The notes under the pieces were generated by a model that saw only the letters and a list, made by a program, of their open reading frames with translations, was not told the DNA's origin and did no database searches. Position numbers and translations under genes: made by a program. From Alphaproteobacteria bacterium (lineage in GTDB: Bacteria > Pseudomonadota > Alphaproteobacteria > SP197), in contig OZ219746.1 in NCBI GenBank assembly GCA_964291265.2, positions 1-64,000 of the forward strand: a stretch of DNA of 64,000 nucleotides. Direction: 5' to 3'. This document shows positions 52,880 to 61,629 of the stretch, in pieces. Numbering within the stretch: position 1 is the stretch's first letter; each line of letters starts with the position of its first letter.

Positions 52880-54373
52880 ATGGCGATCGACGAGGACACG
52901 CGGGCGACGATCGTGCGGCTGTCGCGGGCCGAGGGCTGGGCTGTGGGGACGATTGCCCGGCATCTCGGCGTGCACCACGGCACGGTGACGCGGGCGCTCA
53001 AGGCGTCGGGGCAGGAGCGGCGGCCGCGGGCCAAGCTCATCGACCCCTTCGTTGCCTTCCTCGGGGAGCGTCTTGAGGCGTCGCCGGACCTTCCGGCCAG
53101 CACGCTCTGGCGACAGGTCGTGGCTCTGGGCTACCGCGGCGGCGAGGATCACTTCCGTCACGACCTGCGCCGCCTCGGGCTGAGGCCGGTGAAGAGGCCC
53201 GAGCCGTCGCTGCGGCTGAGCTTCCTTCCGGGCGAGCAGGCGCAGGTTGACTGGGCCGAGTTCGGGAAGGTCCGCATCGGCCGGGCGGAGCGCAGGCTCA
53301 TGGGGCTTCTCGTCACCCTCAGCTACTCGCGCCAGACTGTCCTGAGCCTGTTCCACGACGCGCGGATGGCCAGCTTCCTGCAAGGCCATGTCGAGGCTTT
53401 CGCGGCATTCGGGGGTGTGCCGCGGAGGCTTCTGTACGACAACCTGAAGAGTGCCGTGGTGACGCGCCGCGGCAAGGCGGTCACCTATCATCCGATGCTG
53501 CTCGGCCTTGCGGCCCACTATGCCTTCGAACCGAGCGCCGCCTGGCCCAGGAGCCCGCAGGAGAAGGGCCGCGTGGAACGCCGTGTGCGCTTCGCGCGCA
53601 CCGGGTTCTTCGCCGGGCGCGACATCACGGTCCCGCTCGGCGAGCTCAACGCCGCAGTTCGGGAGTGGTGCTTCGGCGCCGCCGCGGAGCGGCCCTGGCC
53701 GGACGACGACAGTCTCCTGGTGCGGGACGCCTTCGCCCGGGAGAGGGAGCACCTGATCGTCCTTCCCGTCGACCCCTTCCCGCATCACGAGGTCCGCCCG
53801 GTGCGCATCGACAAGACCTGCCACGCCCGCTTCGACACCAACGACTACAGCGTTCCGGGTAGCTTCTCCAAGGCCCTGCTGACGCTGGTCGCCGACCGCG
53901 ACGAGGTTCGCATCCTCGACGGCGCCGACGAGGTCGCGCGCCACCGACGCTCCTACGACAGGAAGCAGGCCGTCACCGATCCGGAGCATGCCAGGGCGAT
54001 CGCCGCGGGCAAGCGGCGGGCCCGCTCCATGAGCGTCCGCGACCGGGTCCTGCGCACCGTGCCGCGGGCCGAGGAGATGCTGGCGCGCGCCGGGACCAAC
54101 GGGCGCAACGTGGCCTCCTGCGCCCGGATGCTGGAGACGCTTCTCAACGCGCACGGCGCCGACGCTCTCGACCGGGCTGTCGCCACGGCGCTGGAGCGCG
54201 GCTCGTGCCACCCCGAAACCGTGCGCGTCATCATCGAGGAGCGCCGCCGGGAGCAGGGCCTGCCGCCCCTCAGCATCGCCGACGACGGCCGCGGCGGCCG
54301 TGGCACGACGCCGCGGGGGACCGCTCTCGACGCCTACGACAGGCCCGAAGCCAGCGCCAGGAACAAGACATGA
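52880..54373 (+). CDS. istA: IS21 transposase
   Basis: HTH, PGEQAQVDW, FGGVP...LYDNLK, EKGRVER, YSVP. Confidence 0.93.
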   Translation: MAIDEDTRATIVRLSRAEGWAVGTIARHLGVHHGTVTRALKASGQERRPRAKLIDPFVAFLGERLEASPDLPASTLWRQVVALGYRGGEDHFRHDLRRLGLRPVKRPEPSLRLSFLPGEQAQVDWAEFGKVRIGRAERRLMGLLVTLSYSRQTVLSLFHDARMASFLQGHVEAFAAFGGVPRRLLYDNLKSAVVTRRGKAVTYHPMLLGLAAHYAFEPSAAWPRSPQEKGRVERRVRFARTGFFAGRDITVPLGELNAAVREWCFGAAAERPWPDDDSLLVRDAFAREREHLIVLPVDPFPHHEVRPVRIDKTCHARFDTNDYSVPGSFSKALLTLVADRDEVRILDGADEVARHRRSYDRKQAVTDPEHARAIAAGKRRARSMSVRDRVLRTVPRAEEMLARAGTNGRNVASCARMLETLLNAHGADALDRAVATALERGSCHPETVRVIIEERRREQGLPPLSIADDGRGGRGTTPRGTALDAYDRPEASARNKT

Positions 54374-55071
54374 GCGAGCTCAGGGAGCGTGCCCGGGCGC
54401 TCGGCCTCCACGGGCTCGTCGAACGCTGGGACGAGGTCGCCGGGACCGCATGGATCGAGGAGGTGGTCAGCGGCGAGGAACAGGCCCGCAGGGCCCGCAG
54501 CCACGAGCGCCGCCGCGCCGCGGCGCGGCTGCCCGCCTTCAAGCCCCTGGCGGACTTCGACTGGACATGGCCGCGCGACATCAGCCGGGCTCATGTCGAA
54601 GCGCTCCTCGGCCTCGGCTTCGTCGACCGTGCGGACAACGCCGTGCTCGTCGGCGGGCAGGGCACCGGAAAGACCATGATCGCCGCCAACGTGGCTCACC
54701 AGGCCCTGCTGCACGGCCACACCGTCCGCTTCGAGAAGGCGCCGGAACTGCTCGAGGCACTCGCCGAGACCGTCTCGCGCAGCGAGCTGCGCCGCCGCCT
54801 CGCGATCCTCGCCAGGCCCCGCCTGCTCGTCCTCGACGAAATCGGCTACGTGACCCTCGAAAGCCACCATGCCGACATCCTCTACGCCATCGTCTCGCGG
54901 CGCTATCAGCGCCGCTCGACCATGGTCACGACAAGCCTCGCCTTCGCCCAGTGGGACCGCGTCTTCCCCAGCGCCTCCGGCATCGCCGGCACCGTCGACC
55001 GGCTCATGCACGACGCAACCCTCATCTCCATCGACAGCGACTCCTGGCGGCTCAGGCGTGAAACCCGATAA
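54370..55071 (+). CDS. istB: IS21 helper ATPase
   Basis: FDW, GGQGTGKT, LLVLDEIGY, VDRLMH; ATGA overlap with istA. Confidence 0.93.
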   Translation: MSELRERARALGLHGLVERWDEVAGTAWIEEVVSGEEQARRARSHERRRAAARLPAFKPLADFDWTWPRDISRAHVEALLGLGFVDRADNAVLVGGQGTGKTMIAANVAHQALLHGHTVRFEKAPELLEALAETVSRSELRRRLAILARPRLLVLDEIGYVTLESHHADILYAIVSRRYQRRSTMVTTSLAFAQWDRVFPSASGIAGTVDRLMHDATLISIDSDSWRLRRETR

Positions 55072-55951
55072 ACCCCGCCGCGTCGACTTCGACGCCGTCA
55101 AGCGCATGCCGTTCGAACGCATCGCCGCCGACTGGGGATACGTCCGCGACGAACAGGCCTCGACACGCGCCAACCCCGTCCTGTGCGCACCCGGCCTGCC
55201 GAAGCTCGTCACGAAGTGCCTCAACAACGGACACTGGGTCTACTTCAACACCCAGAACGATGAAGACAACGGAACCGTCATCGACTTCATGCTCAACCGC
55301 GGACTGGCCTTCGCCGACATCTGCACCCGCTTCGCAGCACCCGACGCCGCGCCACGCGACTTCCGCAGCCTCTGGGCCGCGGCAACGCCCGATGCGGCCC
55401 CGGACTGGCTCACCGGGCGCGGCATCCTCCCGGAGACCCTCGACACCTGCCGCCCCCTGGTCCGCCGCGACCACAACGGACGCGTCCTCTTCGCCCATCG
55501 CAACAGGAAGCGAAAGCTCACCGGCTTCGAGATCGGTCCCCCCGACGGACCGAAACGCTTCGCCACCGGTGGAACCCGAAGCCTGTTCGCCGTCCGCGCC
55601 GGAACCGCCGCGGACCTCGAGGCCCTCGTCATCACCGAAAGCGCCGTCGACGCCCTCAGCCTGGCCCAGATCGACCAATGTCCCCCCAGCCACGCCTTCC
55701 TCTCCACCGCCGGGGCACCCTCGCGAAGACAGCACGAACAGATCAGCCTCGCCGCAAGCAGCCTGCCCAACGTCAGGACCATCGTCCTCGCCCAGGACCA
55801 CGACGAGGCCGGAGAGCGACAGGCCGAAACCCTGCGCAAAAAGATGAAGCTCCCCTCCCACGTCTCGTTCCACAGACGCAGACCGCCGGAAAACGCCGAC
55901 TGGAACGACGTCGTCAACGCCAGGACCAAAGAACCACAAGCGAGATCATGA
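55058..55951 (+). CDS. DUF3991 + TOPRIM (primase-like) protein
   Basis: GHWVYF....D.GTVIDF, L..RGI, TESAVDALS, DHDEAG, DWND. GTG start overlaps the istB end. Confidence 0.8.
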   Translation: MKPDKPRRVDFDAVKRMPFERIAADWGYVRDEQASTRANPVLCAPGLPKLVTKCLNNGHWVYFNTQNDEDNGTVIDFMLNRGLAFADICTRFAAPDAAPRDFRSLWAAATPDAAPDWLTGRGILPETLDTCRPLVRRDHNGRVLFAHRNRKRKLTGFEIGPPDGPKRFATGGTRSLFAVRAGTAADLEALVITESAVDALSLAQIDQCPPSHAFLSTAGAPSRRQHEQISLAASSLPNVRTIVLAQDHDEAGERQAETLRKKMKLPSHVSFHRRRPPENADWNDVVNARTKEPQARS

Positions 55952-55977
55952 CCACGTCCGTCACAAGGAGACCACTC

Positions 55978-56268
55978 ATGCCCCTCACGCCCGCCGAAAA
56001 GCAGCGGCGATACCGGGAACGGCGCAAGGCCGGCATCCCTCCCGTCCACACCCCAAAGCATCGTGACCGGCGCTCGCGACCGCAACGCTGGAACGACGCC
56101 GTGGCCGAACTGCGCGCCCTGCAGGACGAATGGCGTGACCGCCTCGACAGCATCCCCGAAAGCCTCCGTGACACGCCTTACGGAGAACGCCTGCAGAGCG
56201 TCGCCGATGCCGACATCGAGGCCCTCGAGGACATCGAACCGCCACGCGGCTACGGAAGGGATACGTGA
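55978..56268 (+). CDS. Small basic helical hypothetical protein
   Basis: AAGGAG RBS; LT.AE.QRRYR...RRSR.QRW.DAV..L...PPRGYGRD. Confidence 0.65.
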   Translation: MPLTPAEKQRRYRERRKAGIPPVHTPKHRDRRSRPQRWNDAVAELRALQDEWRDRLDSIPESLRDTPYGERLQSVADADIEALEDIEPPRGYGRDT

Positions 56269-56837
56269 TCCCGCAAGACCCTTGAACGCGGTCACGCGTT
56301 ACCATCCAGGAATGAGAACGTCTCACCCCGACGCGCTTCTCAGCCTCCCCGGGGAAACCCCCGGGCCGTCCAAACGACACCGCATCACGAGACTGCCGCA
56401 GCCGCTGGCCGGACTGGCTTACAGGTCGCAGCATCCGCCCGAAAACACTCGACGCCTGCCGCACCCTGCAGGACGAATGGCGTGACCGCCTCGACAGCAT
56501 CCCCGAAAGCCTCCGTGACACGCCTTACGGAGAACGCCTGCAGAGCGTCGCCGATGCCGACATCGAGGCCCTCGAGGACATCGAACCGCCACGCGGCTAC
56601 GGAAGGGATACGTGATCCCGCAAGACCCTTGAACGCGGTCACGCGTTACCATCCAGGAATGAGAACGTCTCACCCCGACGCGCCTCTCAGCCTCCCCGGG
56701 AAACACCCGGGCCGTCCAAACGACACCGCATCACGAGACTGCCGCAGCCGCTGAGCCGCAGCAACGCCCGATCCGCCGCCGGACTGGCTCACAGGTCGCA
56801 GCATCCGCCCGAAAACACTCGACGCCTGCCGCACCCT
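56117..56837 (+). repeat. ~347-bp tandem duplication inside the transposon
   Basis: CCCTGCAGGACGAATGGCGTGACC at 56117 and 56464. Confidence 0.9.
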
Positions 56838-57060
56838 GCGCCGCCGCAACCGCAACGCACGCAGCCTCTTCGCCCAGCGCAACAGAAACCGTCAGCTCTC
56901 CAGCCTCGAGATCGTCCCGCCCGACGAACCACGACGAGGACGGAGAACGCCAGAACGAAACCACGCGCAAAAGCCTGAAGCTCCCCTCCCACATCACGTT
57001 CCACAAACGCCGAACGCCAGAAAACGCCGACCGGAACGACATCGTCAACGTCAATGCAAG
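56738..57060 (+). pseudogene. Degenerate, internally deleted copy of the TOPRIM gene
   Basis: Aligns by eye to ~55358-55552 and ~55797-55920 with many substitutions. Confidence 0.75.
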
Positions 57061-57388
57061 ACCAATGGGATCCAACAATAGGCAGAAAACAAAGACCGGG
57101 CGGACCTTCGTCCAATGCCGCACGTTCTCCTGTCGTGGTCACCCACTCACACGATCAGCGCCCAAAAGAGCGGTTCTCCGCCAATATCCCGCCGTTCTAA
57201 ATCGCCGCCGACAGATCCTCGGCCCTGAGCCAGAGGCGCATGGTAAGCGCCCGGAGGGCTTCCGGTGCGGTTCGCTTACGCTGCAGATGTGCGTGTCCGC
57301 CGGAGCGCCTCAGGACATTCTGCCGGACGCCTTTGCCCTGCCAGGTCAACCCGGGTTAGCCTCTCCCGGGTCCGGAAGGGAAGATGTC

Positions 57389-58714
57389 ATGGTGATGCGC
57401 AGCAACAAGGCCCGGAAGGCCGATCTCGAAAGGGCCGTGGCGGAGTCGTTTTCCAGGTATGCGGCGCGCAATCCGCGAAGCCGGGAGGAGGACCTGAAGG
57501 CCGCGGACCACTTGCCGGGCGGCAACACCCGCACGGTGATCTTCCATCCTCCCTTTCCACTGACCATCGCCCGGGGTGAAGGCCAGTATGTCGAGGACAT
57601 CGATCATCACCGATACGCGAACTTTGTCGGCGAGTTCGGCGCCGGACTCTTCGGTCATTCCGATCCCGACATCGCCGGCGCCATAGGACGCGCGGTCTCG
57701 GACGGGTGGGTGCTCGGTGGTCCCAACCGCTACGAGCGCATCCTCGCCGCCGAACTCGTCCATCGCTTTCCTTCCATCGACAGGATCCGGTTCACCAACT
57801 CGGGCACCGAGGCCAACTTGATGGCCATCAGCATATCCCGGGTGGTTTCCGGCCGGTCGAAGGTGATGGTGTTCGAGGGCGCCTACCATGGAGGCGTCTT
57901 CCTGTTCGGCCACGGCGGGTCCCCCATGAACGCCCCCTTCGACTATGTCATGGCGCCCTTCAACAACGCACCAGCGACCGTCGATCTTGTCGAACGCCAC
58001 GCCGATGAGCTGGCCTGTGTCGTCATCGAGCCGATGCAGGGATCGGGCGGCATGATCCCCGCAGACAGGAGTTTCCTCGCGGCATTGCGGGAAGTCACCA
58101 GCCGTCACGGCATCATCCTCATCTTTGACGAGGTCGTGACAAGCCGCCTCTCGGGCGGTGGGCTCCAGGAGGTCCTCGGCGTGACGCCCGACATGACAAC
58201 CCTGGGCAAGTACATCGGCGGTGGCGCCGCCTTTGGCGCCTTCGGTGGCCGCGCCGACATCATGGCGCGTTTCGATCCGCGGTCGCCGCAGGCGGTGGCC
58301 CATGCCGGCACCTTCAACAACAACGTCATCACCCACGCCGCCGGGGCGACGGCGATGACGCGAATCTACACGCCTGACGTCGCCGGGACCTTCAATGCCC
58401 GGGGCGACGCGTTCCGCGAGGACCTGAACGCCATCATCGCTCGCCATCGTTTGCCCATGGTGGTGACCGGCCTCGGCTCCGTCATGCAGATCCACTGTTG
58501 CGAAGGACCGTTGAGGGACGAACACGATGCCGCGAGGGACGACGAGCTCAAGTCGCGACTCCTCTTCCACGAACTCCTCGCCCGGGGCCAGCGCATGACC
58601 TGGCGCAATTCACTGCTTCTGTGTCTGCCCATGACCGATGACGACCTCGAGGCCTTCTGCGCGGCCTTCGGCGACGTTCTCGGCGAACACGGTCATCTCT
58701 TCGCCATGGACTGA
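57389..58714 (+). CDS. Class III aminotransferase (glutamate-1-semialdehyde aminomutase-like)
   Basis: LPGGNTR, FTNSGTEAN, GAYHG, IFDEV.TSR, TTLGKYIGGG, HAGTFN. Confidence 0.88.
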   Translation: MVMRSNKARKADLERAVAESFSRYAARNPRSREEDLKAADHLPGGNTRTVIFHPPFPLTIARGEGQYVEDIDHHRYANFVGEFGAGLFGHSDPDIAGAIGRAVSDGWVLGGPNRYERILAAELVHRFPSIDRIRFTNSGTEANLMAISISRVVSGRSKVMVFEGAYHGGVFLFGHGGSPMNAPFDYVMAPFNNAPATVDLVERHADELACVVIEPMQGSGGMIPADRSFLAALREVTSRHGIILIFDEVVTSRLSGGGLQEVLGVTPDMTTLGKYIGGGAAFGAFGGRADIMARFDPRSPQAVAHAGTFNNNVITHAAGATAMTRIYTPDVAGTFNARGDAFREDLNAIIARHRLPMVVTGLGSVMQIHCCEGPLRDEHDAARDDELKSRLLFHELLARGQRMTWRNSLLLCLPMTDDDLEAFCAAFGDVLGEHGHLFAMD

Positions 58715-58738
58715 TCCTCAACCCGCTGGATCAGGAGC

Positions 58739-59989
58739 TTAAGCGCCGTCGAGGTAGTCGAAGGCGGAGAGAGCGTGGCTGCGGATGACGTGGAAGAAAT
58801 CGTCGAGCGGAACGTGCTCGTCGCGCTGGCCCATGCCGGTGGGGAAGGGACCGTAGACATAGGCATCGATACCCCGATAGCGCCACAGCCTCGCATCGGT
58901 TCCGCCGAGGCTGACGATGGGTTGGGGCCGGAATCCCGCCAGGGCCTCGACGTTGTCCTGGAGAATGCCGACCATGGCTCCATGGGGGTCGCACCATGAG
59001 GGGGCCATGTAGTTCTGTTCCTCCATCGTCACCTGAGGCCAGCGCGTCAGGACCTTCTCCACGACACTCTGAACGGTCTCCCTGTCGCCGCCGACAGGCA
59101 GGCGGAAGTCGGCCTCGATCGTCGCCGCACCGGGAATCACGTTGACCTTGAGACCGGATTCGATGACGCCGATATTGCACGTGACCTTCTGGATGATGGC
59201 ATGGGCTCCCTCTCCCATGGCCCGGTCGAGGGTGTCGCGCGCCTCCTCGATGGCACGGCCGATGTTGTGGGGAGGATCGACATGAATGGCATCGACCGAA
59301 GCCCGAAGATCCCGGCAGAAATCCATCGCCACCAGGCTGGCACTGTCGCCGGCATGGGTGTAGGCGCCGTGTGCGCCCGTGGTCGTGACACGGAACGTCA
59401 CCCACCACGGTCCCTTCTCGGCGAAGCGGATGGAGTAGGGACTCGATGGCTCGCCGTTGAGGCAGCAGTCACCGTGGACTTCCGGGTGGCGTTCGATCAG
59501 ATGGCGCGCACCCCAGGGACCGAATGTCTCCTCGTCGGAGACGCAGGTCAGGGTGAGGCGGCCGTTGAGATGCTCGCGAAGCCTGGAGAGGTACATGTAG
59601 GTGAAGATCGATGCAGAGGTGCCGCACTTCATGTCCGCGGAGCCGCGGCCCCACACGGCGCCGTCCTCGATGGCGCCCGACCAGGGAGACCCGTGGGTCC
59701 ATGGTTCGGGCGCCGCAGGAAACACGTCAATGTGACCGTTGAGCACAAGGTGGCGCCCGTCGCCGGAGCCATCGAAGCTGGCGACGACATTCGGGAACAT
59801 CGGTTCCGGGTCGATCACCCGGTGCGCCAGGCCGTGCTCGTCCAGAAAGCGTCGGATGTGCGCCACCGCCTTGCGTGTGTCGCCGGGCGGATTGGGCGTC
59901 GGCGTGGCGACGAAGTCGCTGAAGAAGCCCTCCAGCGTCCGTCGGTCTTCCTCGATCCAGTCGAGCAGTTGCTGTTTGAGATCGGCCAT
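58739..59989 (-). CDS. M20 family metallopeptidase (ArgE/DapE-like)
   Basis: LNGHIDV, GRGSADMK, DEE, GEP, HG, GGTDAR, DEH. Confidence 0.88.
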   Translation of the reverse strand: MADLKQQLLDWIEEDRRTLEGFFSDFVATPTPNPPGDTRKAVAHIRRFLDEHGLAHRVIDPEPMFPNVVASFDGSGDGRHLVLNGHIDVFPAAPEPWTHGSPWSGAIEDGAVWGRGSADMKCGTSASIFTYMYLSRLREHLNGRLTLTCVSDEETFGPWGARHLIERHPEVHGDCCLNGEPSSPYSIRFAEKGPWWVTFRVTTTGAHGAYTHAGDSASLVAMDFCRDLRASVDAIHVDPPHNIGRAIEEARDTLDRAMGEGAHAIIQKVTCNIGVIESGLKVNVIPGAATIEADFRLPVGGDRETVQSVVEKVLTRWPQVTMEEQNYMAPSWCDPHGAMVGILQDNVEALAGFRPQPIVSLGGTDARLWRYRGIDAYVYGPFPTGMGQRDEHVPLDDFFHVIRSHALSAFDYLDGA

Positions 59990-61026
59990 CAGTGTCTCCT
60001 TGGTCTGTTTCCGGCCGCTGTTCTGGCGACATCGAACAGTGTCCGCCGGCAGATGGTGGTGTCAGGCATGCCGGGCAGTCGGCATCGTGCCTCGGCATCG
60101 AAGAGGTAATCGCGGGCACGGCGGACGAGAGGCGCATTCCACCGCCGGCCCGCGGCCTTCAACGCGTTCTCGGCGCGGAAATGAAGCACGCGCGCCGAGT
60201 TCATGGCTTGGGCCTCGTTGACGCCCCGCTCCTTCAGTGCGAGGACGAGCTCAAGCTGGGTCAGGTGGCGGCGCACCGCGGCAAGGATGATGGTGGGTTC
60301 TTCCCGGTTGGCCAGTGCCCTCTCGAGACAGCGGTCGAGGTCGTCGAGATTCCCGGACGAAACGCTGTAGGCGATGCGGTCCAGGGAGAGGAAGGAACTG
60401 TCGGCCACCACGTTTTCGACATCGTTGGCCGTTGCCCTCTGGCCCGTCCCCACGTAGAGGGCGAGCTTGGCAATCTCGTTGCGGGTCTGCATCCGGTCGC
60501 CTCCCAGACAGGATTCGAGGAGGCGCCTGGCGTCGCCGTCAGCGGTGATGCCCTGCCTGGAGAGCTCGTCGGCGATCACCGACTCGAGCACCCGTCCCTC
60601 GTCACGATAGCACGCCAGGGCGGCGGCATCCTTCGCTCTCTCGAAGGTCGAGCGCAGTTTCGAGCGGGCGGCGAGTTCGCCGGCCTCGACGAGGATCAGG
60701 GTATCGCCAGTCGGCAGTTTCATGACCTCTGCCATGGTCGTGGCGAAACCGTCCGCCGCGCCGCGCACCCTGACGACCCTGCGCCCACCGGTCATGGAGA
60801 GCGACACCGCTTCCTCCCTGAGTCGTGCCGGATCCCTTGCTGCCTCGTCACCGGTCAGGTCGCAGACCCGGAATGGATCACGGGGATCATCGACCACGCC
60901 GCCGAGCAGGAGATTGCTGCGTTCCCTGACAAGTCCCTGGTCCGCCCCGTGGATCAGCACCGCCCTGATGGCATGGCCCGGAGCGCGGCAGAAGCCTTCG
61001 ATCTCGCGCGCCGGGATCTTCACCAT
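59989..61026 (-). CDS. holA: DNA polymerase III subunit delta
   Basis: VLIHGAD.GLV.ER, SMTGGRRVVRV, LGGDR...RNE.AKLALY; downstream of leuS-lptE. Confidence 0.88.
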   Translation of the reverse strand: MVKIPAREIEGFCRAPGHAIRAVLIHGADQGLVRERSNLLLGGVVDDPRDPFRVCDLTGDEAARDPARLREEAVSLSMTGGRRVVRVRGAADGFATTMAEVMKLPTGDTLILVEAGELAARSKLRSTFERAKDAAALACYRDEGRVLESVIADELSRQGITADGDARRLLESCLGGDRMQTRNEIAKLALYVGTGQRATANDVENVVADSSFLSLDRIAYSVSSGNLDDLDRCLERALANREEPTIILAAVRRHLTQLELVLALKERGVNEAQAMNSARVLHFRAENALKAAGRRWNAPLVRRARDYLFDAEARCRLPGMPDTTICRRTLFDVARTAAGNRPRRH

Positions 61027-61088
61027 CCGCCAGGTATCCGGCACAGGCGCCGCGCAAGCGGGGAGGACCGCTGCACGTCGGTCATGAC

Positions 61089-61625
61089 TCAGGACTCGGC
61101 GCCATCGTATGCACGGTGGAAGTGGAAGGACAGGAGGTAGGCGATGGTGTTGGCAAGATCTCTCGCCGCCTTGCGGGCCGTATCCTGGCGAGCCACCTGG
61201 GAGGAGTACTCCGAGACGACGACATCGTGACTTCCGGTGGACCGTGCCGTCGACTGGTAGAGCACCTCTCCGCTTCCGATGTCACGCAGCGTGAACGTTG
61301 CCGTCATGACAAGGTTGGATCGAGTCACGGTATAGGAACTCTCGATGATCAAAGGCGTGAAGCGCCGGGTGAAGGTGACATCGAGAACGAAGCGCGGAGG
61401 CTGTTGGCCGTTGCCCGTGGAGAACCGGTCGATCAGCTCGTTGCGCATGATCTGGCCGAGACGGCGGTTCCGGCCGTCACCGATGCGATTGACCTGGATG
61501 GCTGCCAGCATCTCCTGCACCGATGGCGCGTTTCCGCGTTCGGCCAGGAGTGGCTCGAAGCCACAGGCCGGAACGAGAGCCGCCACCGGCAAGCACGCGA
61601 GAAACTTGCGGCGCGAGAGGTCCAT
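61089..61625 (-). CDS. lptE: LPS assembly lipoprotein LptE
   Basis: Lipobox-like VPA-CGF.PL; lies between leuS and holA. Confidence 0.8.
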   Translation of the reverse strand: MDLSRRKFLACLPVAALVPACGFEPLLAERGNAPSVQEMLAAIQVNRIGDGRNRRLGQIMRNELIDRFSTGNGQQPPRFVLDVTFTRRFTPLIIESSYTVTRSNLVMTATFTLRDIGSGEVLYQSTARSTGSHDVVVSEYSSQVARQDTARKAARDLANTIAYLLSFHFHRAYDGAES

Positions 61626-61629
61626 CCTG

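Larger units (their letters stand above)
51893..57213 (+). mobile_element. IS21-family transposon, 5,321 bp, with passenger genes
   Basis: IRL TGTTGATGGCTGCATAGAACGGCGGGAT and IRR (rc) TGTCGGCGGCGATTTAGAACGGCGGGAT (21/28). TSD GATCC at 51888-51892 and 57214-57218. Confidence 0.92.

Noticed and set aside
57389-58714. Assigning hemL
   Set aside because: GSA-aminomutase-like, but no haem-pathway context and the motifs fit paralogues of unknown substrate equally well.
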